Below are positions 10,301-25,300 of a DNA stretch of 64,000 nucleotides, in pieces. The first letter of the stretch is position 1, and each line of letters starts with the position of its first letter. Location of the stretch: NCBI RefSeq assembly GCF_009914755.1, contig NC_060946.1. One strand, given 5' to 3'. This DNA comes from the human T2T-CHM13v2.0 reference genome, Homo sapiens. Under the pieces are notes generated by a model. The model saw nothing but the letters and a program-made list of their open reading frames with translations. It was not told the origin of the DNA and ran no database searches. The position numbers were made by a program, and so were the translations under genes.

Positions 10301-13300
10301 GACCAACATTCAGACCCTCGTTGCAGTGTTCTGGAATTCTATGTGAGGGAGAAACAAGTAGAACCTATCAGCTGTGTTCTGGAATCCTGTGGGGGGGACA
10401 TACATGTAGACACCAGCAGCGGTGTTCTGGAATCTTATGTGAGGGACAAACATTCAGAACCGAGCAGCAGTGTTCTGGAACTCTGTATGAGGGACAAACA
10501 TTAAGAACACGGCAGGATTGTTCTGCAATCCTATGTGAGGGAGAAACACTCTGAAAACCGTAAGTGTGTTTTGGAATCCTACATGAGGGCCAAACAATCA
10601 AACCCTCATAGCTGTGTTCCGGAATCCTATGTGAGGGGCAAACACTCAGACAATCGTAGCAGTTTTCTGGAATCCTTTGTGAGGGACAAGCATTCATTCC
10701 CTCGTAGCGGTGTTCGGGAACCCTGTATGAGGGACAAACATTCAGACCACACCGTTCTGGAATCCCCTCTGTGGGAAAAACATTCAGACCCTCGTGGCAG
10801 TGTTCTGGAATCCTATGTGACGGACAAAGATTTAGACCACAGCAGCAGTGTTCTGAAATCCTATGTGAGGGACATTCAGACCCTCTTAGCAGTTTTCTGG
10901 AATCTTATGTGAGGGACAATCATTCAGACCTCAGCAGGAGTGTTCTGGAAAACCCATGTGAGGGACAAACACTCAGACTACAGCAGGAGTGTTCTGGAAT
11001 CCCCTGTGAGGGACAAACATTCAGACTGTCGTAGGGGTGTTCTGCAATCCTATGTGACGAACAAACATATAGAATCCAGCAGCATTGTTCTGGAATCCTA
11101 TGTAGGAGACAAACATTCAGACAATAGTAGCAGTGTTCTGGAATCCTATGTGAGGGGCAAACATTCAGACCACAGCAGCAGTGTTCTGGAATCCTATGTG
11201 AGGGACAAACATTCAAACAACAGCGAGAGTGTTCTGGAATCCTAAGTTATGGACAAACACTCAGACCCTCGTGGCAGTGTTCTGGAATTCTATGTGATGG
11301 AGAAACACTCAGAATCCAGCAGCAGTGTTCTGGAATCCTATATGACGGAGATACACGTACACCCCAGCAGCAGTGTCCTGGAATCCTATGTGAGAGACAA
11401 ACTTTCAGACCCCAGGAGCAGAGTTCTGGAATCCTACATGAGGGATAAACATTCAGACCCTCTTAGCAGTTTTCTTAATCACTATGTCAGGGACAAAGAT
11501 TCAGACCTCAGCACCATTGTTCTGGAATCCTACATGAGGCTCAAACATTCAGACCCTCGTTGCAGTCTTCTGGAATCCTGTGTAAGAGACAATCATTCAG
11601 ACAACAGCAGGAGTCTTCTGGAATTCCCTGTGAGAAATAAACACTCAGATCCTCCTAGCAGTGTTCTGGAAACCTATATGACGGACAAACATTTAGACAA
11701 CTGAAGCAGTGTTATGGAATCACATATGAGAGACAGACATTCAGAAACTTGTACCAGAGTTCTGGAATCCTTTGAGAGGGACAAACATTCAGAACCCAGC
11801 AGAAATGTTCCGGAATCCTATGTGAGGGACAAGCATTCAGACACTGGTAGCAGTGTTCTGGAATCCTAAGTGAGAGACAAACACTCCGAACCCAGCAGCA
11901 TTGTTCTGGAACCCTATGTGAGGGAAAAACATTCATACCACAGAAAGATTGCCTTCGAATCCTATGAGAGGGACAAACACTCAGAACACAGCAGGAGTGT
12001 GTTGGAATCCTATGTGAAGGAAAAACATTGAGACCCTCGTAGCAGTGTTCTGGAATCCTATGTGAGGGACAAACATTCAGATCCTCGAAGCAGTGTTCTG
12101 GAATCTAATGTGAGGGATAAACATTCAAATAACAGCGGGAGTGTTCTGAAATCCTGTGTTACGGACAAATATTCAGACCATCGTGGCAGTGTTCTGGAAT
12201 TCTATGTGAGGTAGAAACATTCAGAACACAGCAGCAGTGTTCTGGAAACCTATGCGACGGACATACATGCAGACCCCTGCAGGGGGGTTCTGGAATCCTA
12301 TGTGAGGGACAAACATTCAGAAGCCTGCAGCAGTGTTATGGAATCTTATGTGAGGGACAATCATTCAGACTCTCGTAGCAGTGTTCTGGAATTCTGTGTG
12401 AGGGTAAAACATTCAGAACCTCATAGCAATTTTCTGAAATCCTATGTGAGGGACAAACATTCAGAACACAGCAGGAGTGTTCTCAAATCCTCTGTGAGGG
12501 AAAATCATTCCGACCCTCATAGCAGTGTTCTGGAATCCTGTGTGAGGGACAAACATTCAGACCCCAACAACAGTGTTCTGTAATCCTATGTGTTGGAGAA
12601 TCATTCAGAACCCCATAGCAGTGCTCTGGAATTCTGTGTGAGGGACAAGTATTCAAGCTGTCATTGCAGTGTTCTGGAATCCCGTGTGAGGGACAAACAT
12701 TCAGACACTGGTAGCAGTGTTCTGGAATCCAACGTGAGGGACAAACATTCAGACAACAGCAGGATTGTTCTGGAATCCTATGTGAGGGACAAGCATTCAG
12801 ACAATCGTAGCAGTGTTCTGGAATCCCATGTGAGGGACAAACATTCAGACCTTCATAGCAGTGTTCTGGAATGGTATGTGATGGACAAACATTCAGACAA
12901 TCATAGCATTGTTCTGGAATCCTATGTGAGGGACAAGCATTCAGACAATCGTAGCAGTGTTCTGTAATCCCCTGTGAGGAACAAACGTTCAGACAGTCGT
13001 AGCATTGTTCTGGAATATTATGTGAGGGACAAACATTCAGACAATTGTAGCAGTGTTCCGGAATCCTATGTGAGGGACAAACATTCAAACAACAGCGGGA
13101 TTGTTCAGGAATCCTATGTTATGGACAAACATTCTGACCCTCGTAGCGGTGTTCTGGAATTCTATGTGAGGGAGAAACACTCAGAACCCAACATCAGTGT
13201 TCTGGAATCCTATGCGACGGACATACCTGTAGACCCCAGCAGCTCTATTCTAGAATCCTATGTGAGAGACAAACATTACGACCCCAGCAACAGTGTTCTG

Positions 13301-16300
13301 GAATCCTATGTGAAGGAAAGTCATTCAGACACTCGTACCAGTGTTCTGGAATTCTGTGTGAGGGACAAACATTCTGATGCCCGTAGCAGTGTTCTGTAGT
13401 CCTGTGTGAGGGAAAAACATTGAGACCACAGCAGGAGTGTTCCAGAATCCCCTGTGAGGAACAGACATTCAGACCCTCATAGGAGGGTTCTGGAATCCGG
13501 TGTGACGGACAAAAATCTAGACCCCAGCAGCAGTGTTCTGGAATCCTATGTGAGGGACAAACACTCAGAACCCTGCAGCAGTGTTCTGAAACCCTATGTG
13601 AGAGATAAATATTCCGACGACAGGAGGATAGTTTTGGAATCCTATGTGAGGGACAAACACTCAGAAAACAGCAGGAGTGTTCTGGAATCCTAAATGAGGG
13701 ACAAACACTCAGAAAACAGCAGGAGTGTTCTGGAATCCTAAATGAGGGACAATCTTTCAGATCGTCATAGCAGTGTTCTACAATTTTGTGTGAGGGACAA
13801 ACATTCACACCCCAGCAGAAGTGTTGTGGAATCCTAAATGAGGGACAAACATTCAAACCCTCATAGGAGTGCTCTGGAATAGTGTGTGACGGAGAAACTT
13901 TTAGACTCCAGCAGCAGTGTTCTGCAATCCTTTGTAAGGGAAAAACAATCAGACCCTCACAGCTGTGTTCTGGAATCCCATGTGATGGACAAACACTCAG
14001 AACCGAGCAGCAGTGTTCTGTAACTATATGTGAGGGGCAACCATTCAGAACACAGCAGGATTGTTCTGGAATCCTACATGAAGGACTGACACTCAGAGCA
14101 CAGCAGGCGTGTTTTGGAATCCTATGTGAGGGACAAACATTCTGACACTCATAGCAGGGTTCTGGAATCCTACGTGAGTGACAAACATTCAGACAATCTT
14201 AGCAGTGTTCTGGAATACTATGTGAGGGACAAACATTCAGACACTCGTAACAGTGTTTTGGAATACTATGTTGCAGACAATCATTCGTATGCTCGTAGCA
14301 GTGTTCTGGAATCCTGTGTGAAGGACAAACATTCAGACCACAGCAGGATTGTTCTGGAATCCCCAGTGAGGAACAAACGTTCAGACCTTCATAGCAGTGT
14401 TCTGGAATTCTATGTGACGGACAAACATTTAGACCCCAGCAGCGGTGTTCTGAAATCCTATGTTAGTGACAAACATTCAGACCCTTGTAGGAATGTTCTG
14501 GAATCTATGTGAGGGACTTGCTTTAAGACCACAGCAGGAGTGTTCTGGAATCTCATGTGAGGTACAAGCATTTCCACTCTCATAGCTGTGTTCTGGAATC
14601 CTATGTGATGAACAAACATTTAGACCCCAGCAGCAGTGTTCTGGAATCCTACGTGAGGGAAAAACATACAGACCATCATAGCAGTGTATTGGAATCCTGT
14701 GGGAGGGACAAACATTCAGACAATCGAAGCAGTGTTCTGGAATCCTAAGAGAGAGACAAATATTCAGAACACAGAAGGATTGTTCTGGAATCCTATGTGA
14801 GGAGCAAACACTCAGAACACAGCAGGAGTGTTGTGGAATCCTATGTGAGGGACAAACTTTGAGACCCTCGTAGTAGTGTCCTGGAATCCTATGTGAGGGA
14901 CAAACATGCAGACAATTGTAGCAGTGTTCTGGAATCCTATGTGATCGACAAACCTTCGAACAACAGTGGAAGTGTTCTGGAATCCTATGTTATGGACACA
15001 CATTCAGAACCTTGTGGCAGTGTTCTGGAATTCTATTTGAGAGAGAAACATTCAGAGCCCAGCAGCAGTTTTCTGGAATCCTATGTGATGAACATACATG
15101 CAGACCACAGCAGCAGTGTTCTGGAATCTTATGTGAGGGACAAACATTCAGACAATTGTAGCAGTGTTCTGGAGTCCTCCGTGAAGGACAAACATTCGGA
15201 ACCCAGCAGCAGTGTTCTGGAATCCAATGTGAGGGACAAACATATAAATCACGGGGGGGGAGTTTTCTGGAATCCTATGTTACGGACAAACATTCAGAAC
15301 CTCGTCGCAGTGTTCTGGAATTCTATGTCAGGGAGAAACAGCCAGAACACAGTAGCAGGGTTTTGGAATCCTATGTGACGGACACACATATAGACCCCAG
15401 CAGCAGTGTTCTGGGATCCTATGTGAGAGACAAACATTCAGCACCTCGTCACAGTGTTCTCGAATCCTATGTGAGGGACAATCATTCAGATCCTCGTAGC
15501 AGTGTTCTGGAATTCTGTATGAGATACAATCATTCAGACCCTCGTAGCAGTGTTCTGGAATCCTAAGTGTGGGACAAATATTCAGACAATAGTAGTAGTG
15601 TCCTGGAAATCTATGTGAGGGACACACATTCAGACCCTCTTAGGAGTGGTCTGGAATCTTATATGAGAGACAAACATTCAGACAATCGTAGCAGTGTTCT
15701 GGAATCCTCGGTGAGGGACAAACATTCGGAACCCAGCAGCAGTGTTCTGGAATCCAATGTTATGGACAAACATTCAGAGACTCCTCGCGGTGATCTGGAA
15801 TTCTATGTGATGGAGAAACACTGAGAAACCAGCAGTATTGTTCTGGAATCTGATGTGACGGACATACATTTAGACCAGAGCAGTAGAGTTGTGGAATCCT
15901 ATATTGGGGCAAACATTCAGTCCCCAGCAGCATTGTCCTGCAATCCTTTGTGAGGGACAAACATTCAGAACCCAGCAGCAGTGTTCTGGAATCCTATGTG
16001 AGGCACCATCATTCAGACCCTCGAAGCAGTGTTCTGGAATTTTGTGTGAGGGGCAAACATTCAGACCCTCGTAGCAGTGTTCTGCAATCCTGTGTGAGGT
16101 ACTATTATTCAGATGATGGCAGGAGAGTTCTGGAATCCCCTGTGAGGAACAAACATTCAGACCCTCCTAGCAGTGTTCTGTAACCCTATTTGAGGGACAG
16201 ATATTCAGACGACAGCAGGGTTGTTCTGGAACCCTATGTGGGGGACAATCACCCAGAACACATCAGTAGTGTTTTGGAATCCTATCTGAGGGACAAACAT

Positions 16301-19300
16301 TCAGACCCTAGTAGCACTGTTCAGGAATCCTATGTGAGGGACAAACATTCAGACAATGGTAGCATTGTTCTGGAGTCTTATGTGAGGGACAAACATTCAG
16401 ACCCCAGCAGCATTGTTCTGGAATCCTATGTGGGGTTCAAACATTCAAACAACAGCGGGATTGTTCTGGAATCCTATGTTACGGACAAACATTCAGACCA
16501 TCGTAGCAGTGTTCTGGTATTCTATGTGAGGGAAAAACACTGAGAATACAGCAGCAGTGTTCTGGAATCCGATGTGTGGGACAAACATTCAGACCCCAGC
16601 AGCAGTGTTCTTTAATCCTATTTGAGGGACAATCATTCAGACTCTCATAGCTGTGTTCTGGAGTTCTGCATAAGGGACAATCGTTCAGACCCACGTAGCA
16701 GTGTTCCGGAATTCTGTGTGATGGAGAAACCTTAATTACTTCATAGCAGTGTTATGGAAGCCTATCTGTGGGACAAACATTCAGACCACAGCAGGAGTGT
16801 TCTGGAACACTAAGTGTTCTCAAATCCTATGTGAGGAACAAACATTCAGACCCTCGCAGCAATGTTCTGGAATCCTATGTGACGGACAAACATTTGGACT
16901 GCAGCAGCAATGTTCTGGAATCCTATGTGAGGGACAAACTTTCAGAAAATCGTTGCAGTGGTCTGGTATCCTAGGTGAGGGACAAACATTCAGAACCCAG
17001 CAGCAGTGTTCTGGAATCCAATGTGAGGGACAAACATTCAAACAACAGAGGGAGTGTTTTGCAATCCTAGGTAAAGGACAAATATTTAGACAACAGGAGC
17101 AGTGTTCTGGAATCCTGTGGGAAGGACAAACATTAGGACCCTCAGTATAGTGTTCTAGAATCTTATGTGAGAGAAAAACATTGAGACAATCATAGCAGTG
17201 TTCTAGAATCCTTTGTGACGGACAAATATTTAGACCCCAGCAGCATTGTTCTGGAATCCTATGTGAGGGACGAACATTAAAATCACAGCGGGAATGTTCT
17301 GGAATCCTTTGTTACGGGCAAACATTCAGATCCTCGTCGCAGTCTTCTTGAATTACATGTGAGGGAGAAACACTCAGAACCCACCAGCAGTGTTCTGGAA
17401 TCCTTAGCGACAGACATACATGCAGACATCAGTAGCAGTGCTCTGGGATCCTATGTGAGGGACAAACTTTCAGACGGCAGCAGCAGTGTTCTGGAATCCT
17501 GTGTGAGGGACAATCACTCAGACCCTCGTAGCTGTGTTCTGGAATTCCGTGTGATGGACAAACATTCAGACCCTCATAGCAGTGTTCTGGAAACCTATGT
17601 GAGGGACAAACATTCAGACCACAGCAGGCATGTTCTGGAATCCTCTGTGAGGAAGAAACATTCAGACCCTCGTAGCAGTGTTCTGGAATCCTATATGACA
17701 GACAAACATTTAGACCCCAGCAGCAGTGTTCTGGAATCCTGTGTGAGGGACAAACATTCACACCCTCGGAGCAGTGTTCTAGAATCCTATAAAGGGACAA
17801 ACACTCAGAACCCAGCAGCCGTGTTCTGGAACCATATGTGAGGGACAAACACTGAGAACACAGCAGGATTGTTTTGGAATGCTATGTGATGGAGAAACAT
17901 TCAGGCACTCGTAGCAGTGTTCTGGAATCCTAAGTGAGGGACAAACATTCAGACAATCGTAGCAGTGTTCTGGAATCCTATGCTAGGGAAAAACATTCAG
18001 ACCCCAGTAGCAGTGTTCTGGAATCCTATGTGAGGGAAAAACATTCAAACAACAGCGGGAGTGTTCTGAAATAGTATGTTATTGACAAACATTCAGACCC
18101 TTGTCACAGTGCTCTGGAATTCAAGTGAGGGGGAAACACACAGAACCCAGCAGCTGTGTTCTGGAATCCTGTGTGACGGACATACACATAGACCCCAGCA
18201 GCGGTGTTCCGGAATCCTATGTGACGGACAAACATTCAGACTCCAGCAGCAGTGTTCTGGAATCCTCTGTGAGGGACCATCATTCAGACTCTCGTAGTAG
18301 TGTTCTGGAATTCTGCGTGAGGGGCAAACATTCAGACCATCGTGGCAGTGTACTGGAATCCTGTGTGAGGGATAGTCATTCCGAACACAGCAGGAGTATT
18401 CTGGAATCCCCTGTATGGAAAAAACATTCAGACCCTAGCAGCAGTGTTCTGGAATCCTATGTGAGGGACAAACATTTAGACCCCAGCAAAAGTGTTCTGG
18501 AATCCTGTGTGAGGGACAAACATTCAGACTTTCGTAGCAGAGTTCTGGAATCCTATCTGAGGGGCAAACACTCAGAAACCAGCACCAGTGTTCTGGAACC
18601 CGATGTGAGGGACAAACATTCAGACCACAGCAGGATTGCTTTGGGATCCCATGTGTGGGAAAAACAGAAAACAGCGGGAGAGTATTGGAATCCTATGTGA
18701 GGGACAAAACATTCAGACCCTCTTTGCAGTGCTGCGGAATCCTATGTGAGGGACAAACTTTCAGAAAATCACAGCAGTGGTCTGGAATCTTATGTGAGAG
18801 ACAAACATTCAGAACTCAGCACCAATGTTCTGGAATCTTATGTGAGAGACAAACATTCAGAACTCAGCACCAATGTTCTGGAATCCTATGTGAGAGACAA
18901 ACATTCATACAACAGCGAGAGTGTTCTGCAATCCTAGGTAATGGACAAACATTTAGAAACCAGCAGCAGTGTTGTGGAATCCTATGAGAGGCACAAACAT
19001 TCAGACCTTAGTAGAGTTATTCTGGAATCCCATGTGAGGGACAAACATTCAGAACCTCGTCGCAGTTTTCTGGAATTCTGTGTGAGGCAGAAACACTCTG
19101 AACCCAGAAGCAGTGTTCTGGAATCCTCTATGACAGACACACATGTAGACCTCAGCAGCTGTGTTCGGGAATCCTATGTGAGGGCCAAGCATTCAGACCG
19201 CAACAGCATTATTGTGGAATCCCAAGTCAGGGACAATCATTCAGACCCTCGTAAGAGTGTTCTGGAATTTTGTGTGAGAGACAAACATTCAGACACTCAT

Positions 19301-22300
19301 AGCAGTGTTCTGGAAAGCTATGTGAGGGAGAAACATTCAGACAACAGTAGGCGTGTTCTGGAATCCCCTGTGAGGAAAAACATTCATACCCTCGTAGCAG
19401 TGTTCTGGAATCCTATGTGATGGACAAACATTTAGACCCCATCAGCAGTGTTCTGGAATCCCGTGTGAGCAAAAAACATTCAGACGCTAGAAGCAGTGTT
19501 CCGGAGTCCTATGTAGGAACAAACACTCAGAACCCAGCAGCACTGTTCTGGAACGCTATGTGAGGGACAAAGATTCAGACCACAGCAGGATTATACTGGA
19601 GTCCTATGTGAGGGACAAACACTCAGAACAGAGCAGGAGTGTTTTGGAATCCTATGTGTCAGACAAACATTCAGACACTCATAGCAGTGTTCTGGAATCC
19701 AATGCAAGAGACAAACTTTCAGACCACAGCAGCAGTGTTGTGGAATCCTCTGTGAGGAACAAACTTTCAGAATATCGTAGCAGTGTTCTGGAATCCTATG
19801 TGAGGGACAAACATTGAGATCCCAGCAGCAGTGTGCTGGAATCCTATGTGAAGGACAAACATTCAAACAACAGCGAGAGTGTTCTGGAATCCTAACAAGT
19901 AGACAAACATTTAGACACCAGCAGCAGTGTTCTGGAATCCTATGTGAGGAAAAACATATTCAGACCCTCGTAGGGTTATTCTGGAATCCTATATGAGGAA
20001 CATATATTCAGACCCTCATAGGATTATTCTGGAATCCTATGTGATTCAGACACCAGGAGCAGTGTTCTGGAATCCTATGTGTGAGACAAACATTCAAACA
20101 ACAGTGTGAGTGTTCACGAATCCTATGTGACGGACAAACATTCAGACCTTCCTCGCAGTGTTTGGAATTCTATGTGAGGGAGAAACACTCAGAACCCAGC
20201 AGGAGTGCTCTGGAATCCTATCTGACGGACATACATGTAGACCCCAGCAGCAGTGTCCTCGAATCTCATGTGAGGGAGAAACATTCAGACCCCAGGAGCA
20301 GTGTTCTGGAATCCTATGTGAGGACAATGATTCAGGACCTCGTAGCAGTGTTCTGGTATTCTGTGTGAGGTACAAACTTTCAGACTCTCTTACCACTGTT
20401 CTGCAATCATGTGTGAGAGAAAAACATTCAGACCCACAGCAGGAGTGTTCTGGAATCACCTGTGAGGAACAAACATTCAGATCCTCCTAGCACTGTTCTG
20501 GAATCCTGTGTGACGGACAAACATTTAGACGCCAGCAGCAGTGTTCTGGAATCCTAATTGCGGGACAATCATTCAGACCCTTGTAGCAGTGTTATGGAAT
20601 CCTTTGTGAGGGACAGACATTTAGAACCCAGCGACAGCATTCTGGAACACTATGTGAGTGAGAAACATTCAGACCACAGCAGGATTGCTCTGGAATCCTA
20701 TGTGAGGGACTAATATTCAGACCTTCGTAGCAGTGTTCTGGAATCCTAAGTGAGGGACAAACATTCAGACAACCGTAGCAGTGTTCCGGAATCCTATGTG
20801 AGGGACATTCATTCAGACGTTCGTAGCTGCGTTGTGGAATTCTGTGTAAGAGCCATATATTGAGATCCTCAAAGCCGTGTTCTGGAATCCTACGTGAGGG
20901 ACAAACATTCAGACCACAGGAGGATTGTTCTGGAATCCTCTGTGAGGAAAAAACATTCAGACCCTCGTAGCAGTGTTCTGGAATCCTATGTGAGGGACGA
21001 ACCTTTAGACCCCAGCAGCAGTGCTCTTGAATCCTACGTGAGGAAAAAACATTCAGACACTCGTAGCTTTGTTCTCGAATCACATGTGAGGGACAAACAT
21101 TCAGATAATCTTAGCCATGTTCTGGAATCCTATGTGAGGGACAAATATTCAGACCCCAGCAGCGTTCTGGAATCCTATGTGAGGAACAAACATTCAAACA
21201 ACAGCGGGAGTGTTGTCGAATCCTATGTAACAGACAGACTTTCAGAACCTCGTCGCAGTGTTCTGGAATTCTGTGTTAGAGAGAAACACTCAGAAACCAA
21301 CAGGAGTGTTCTGGAATCCTATGTGATGGACATACATGTAGACGCCAGCAGCAGTGTTCTTGAATCATATGTGAAGACAAACATTCAGATCTCAAAAGCA
21401 GTGTTCTGGAATCCTCTGTGAGGGTCAATCATTCAGACCCTTGTAGCAGTGTTCTGGAGATGTTTGTGAGGGAGGAAGCTTCAGACCCCCATAGCAGCGT
21501 TCTGGAAGCCTATATGAAGGACAAACATTCGGACTAGAGCAGGATTGTTCTGGAATCCAATGGGAGGAACAAATATCCGGACCCTCGTAGCATAGTTCTG
21601 GAATCCTATGTGACGGACCAACATTTAGAGCCCAGCAGCAGTGCTCTGGAACCTCAAGTGAGGGACAAACATTCAGACACTCAGTGCAGTGTTCTATAAT
21701 CCTATATGAGGGACAAACATTGAAACAATCGTAGTAGTGTTCAGGAACCTATGTGACGGACAAACATACAGACCCCAGCAGCAGTGTTTTCGAATCCTAT
21801 GTGGGGGACAAACATTCAAACAACAGCAAGAGTGTTCTGGAATCCTCTGTTGCAGAGAAACATTCAGATCCTCGTCGCAGTGTTCTGGAATTCTAACTGA
21901 GGGAGAAACACTCTGAACCCAGCAGCAGTGTTCTGGAACCCTATGTGACAGACATACATGTAGACCCCAGCAGCAGTGTTCTGGAATCCTATGTGAGGGA
22001 CAAATATTCAGACAGCAGCCGTAGTATTCTGGAATCCTATGTGAAGGATAGTCATTCAGACCCTCATAGCAGTGTTCTGGAATTCTCTGTGTGGGACAAA
22101 CATTCAGACCCTCATAGCAGTGTTCTGGAATCCCCGGTGAGGAACAAACATTCAGAGCCTCATATCAGTGTTCTGGAATCCTATGTGACGGACAAACATT
22201 AAGTCCCCAGAAGCAGTTTTCTGGAATACTGTGTGAGGAACAAACATTCAGACCCTGGTAGTAGTGTTCTGGAATCCTATGTGAGAGACAAACACTCAGA

Positions 22301-25300
22301 ACCCAACAGCAGTGTTTTGGAACCCTATGTGAGGGTCAATCATTCAGGCCACAGCAGGATTATGCTGGAGTCCTATGTGAGGGACACTCAGAACATAGCA
22401 GGAGTGTTTTGGAATCCTATGTGAGGGAAAAACTTTCAGACACTCGTAGCAGTGTTCTGGAATCCTATGTGGGAGACAAACATTCATACAATCTTAGCAG
22501 TGTACGGGAATTCTTTGCGAGGGACAAACATTCAGACCCCAGCAGCAGTGTTCCAGAATCCTATGTGAGCTATAAACATTGATACAACAGTGGGAGTGTT
22601 CTGGAATCCTATGTTATGGACAAACATTCAGACCCTCGTCACAGTGTTCTGGAATTCTATGTGAGGGAGAAACACTCAGAACCCAGCAACAGTGTACTGG
22701 AATCCTATGTGACGGACATACATGTAGACCCGAGCAGCAGTGTTCTGGAATACTATGTGAGGGACAAACATTCATAACACGGCAGGAGTGCCCTGGAATC
22801 CTATGTGAGGGAAAACATTCAGACAATCGTAGCAGTGTTTTGGAATCTTATGTGAGGGACTAACTTTCAGACCCCATCAGCAGTGTTCTGGAATCCTATA
22901 TGAGGGACAAACATTCAAACTACAGAGGCTGTGTTCTGGAATCCTAAGTTATGGACAAAAATTCAGATCCTCTCCGCAGTGCTCTGGAATTCTATTTGAG
23001 GGAGAAACAATCAGAACCCAGCAGCAGTGTTCTCGAATCCTACATGAGGGACATACATTCAGACCACAGCAGCAGTGTTCTAGAACCCTATGTGAGGGAC
23101 AAGCATTCAGACCGTCGTAGCAGTGTTCTCGAATTCTGTGTGAAGGACAAAGATTCAGACCATCAGAGCAGTGTTCTGGAATCCTTTGTGAGGGACAAAC
23201 ATTCAGACCACAGCAAGAGTCTTCTGGAATCCACTGTGAGGAACAAACATTCAGAACCTCATAGCAGTGTTCTGGAATCCTATGTGATGGACAAACATTT
23301 AGACCTCAGAAGCAGTGTTCTGTAATCCTGTGAGAGACAAACATTCAGACACTCGTTGCAGTGTACAGGAATCCTGTGTGAGGGAAAAGAACTCAGAACC
23401 CAGCAACAGTGTCCTGGAACCCTATGTGAGGGACAAACATTCAGGCCACAGCAGGATTGTTCTGGAATCCTACGTGAGGGACAAACACTCAAACACAGCG
23501 GGAGTGTTTTGGAATCCAATATGAGGGAGAAACATTCAGACCCTCATAGCAGTGTTCTGGAATCCTATGTGAGGGACAAACATTCAGAAAATCGTAGCCA
23601 TGTTCTGGAATCTCAAGAAAGGGAAATAAATTCAGACCCCAGCAGCAGTGTTTTGTAATCCTATGTGAGGGAGAAACATTGAACCAAGATCGGGAGTGTT
23701 CTGCAATCCCTGGTTATGGACAAATATTCAGAACCTCGTCTCAGTGCTCTGGAATTCTATGTGAGGTAGAAACAGTGAGAACCCAGCAGCAGTATTCTGG
23801 AATCCTATGTGAGGGAAAATCATTCAGACCCCAGCAGGAGTGTTCTGGAATCCTATGGGAGGGACAATCATTCAGACAATCGTAGCAGTGTTCTGGAATC
23901 CTATGTGAGGGGCAAACATACAGACACTTGTAGCAGTGTTCTGGAATCCTATGTAAGTGACAAATATTCAGACCCTTGTAGCATTTTTCTGGAATCCTAT
24001 GTGAGGGACAAACATTGAGACAATCGTAGCTGTGTTCTCGAATCCTATGTGAGGGAGAAACATTCAGACTACAACAGCAGTGTTCTGGAATCGTATGTGA
24101 GGGACAAACATTCCAACAACAGAGTGAGTGTTCTGGAATCCTAAGTTACGGACATACATTCAGAAATTCGTCTCAGTGACCTGGAATTCTATGTGAGGGT
24201 GAAACACTCAGAAACCGGCAGCAATGTTCTTAAATCCTATGTGACAGACATACATGTAGACGGTAACAGCAGTGTCCTGTAATTCTGTGTGATGGAAAAA
24301 CATTCAGACACTCATAGCAGTGTTCTGGAATCCTATTTGAGGGACAAACATTCAGACCACAGCTGGAGTGTTCTGCAATCCCCTGTGAGTAACAAATATT
24401 CAGATCCTAGTAGCAGTGTTCTGGAATCCTATGAGGGACAAACATTCGGATCCTCTTAGCAGTGATCTGGAATCCTATGTGAGGGTAAATCATTCAGAAC
24501 CTAGTTGCGGTGTTCTGGAATCCTATATGAGGGACAAACATTCGGATCCTCTTAGCAGTGTTCTGGAATCCTATGTAACGGACAAACATTAAGACCCCAA
24601 CTGCAACTGCAGTGTTCTGGAATCCCATGTGAGGGACAAGCATTCAGACCCTTGTAGCAGTGTTCTGGATTCCTATGTGAGGGAGAAACACTCAAAACCC
24701 AGCAACAGTGTTCTGGAACCCTATGTGAGGGACAAACATTCACACCACAGCAGGATTGTTCTGGAATACTATGTGAGGGACAAACACTCAGAACATAGCA
24801 GGAGTGTTTTGGAATCGTATGTGAGGGACAAACATTCGGATCCTCTTAGCAGTGTTCTGGAATCCTATGTGACGGACATACATGTAGAACCCAGCAGCAG
24901 TGTTCTGAAGGCCTATGTGAGGGACAAACATTCAGACCCCAGGAACAGTCTTCGGGAATCGTATGTGAGGGTAAATCATTCAGAACGTCGTAGCAGTGTT
25001 CTGGAATTCTGTGTGAGGGACAAACATTCAGACCACAGCAGCAGTATTCTGGAATCCTATGTGAGGGAAAAACATTCAAACAACTGCAGGTGTGTTCTGG
25101 AATCCTATGTGAGGGAAAAACATTCAAACAACTGCAGGTGTGTTCTGGAATCCTATGACAAGGAAAAACATTCAGACCCTCCTCGCAGTGTTCTTGAATT
25201 CTATGTGAGGGAGAAACACTCCGATTCCTGTAGCAGTGTTCTGGAACCCTATGTGACAGACCTACTTGTAGACTCCAGCAGCAGTGTTCTGGAACCCTAT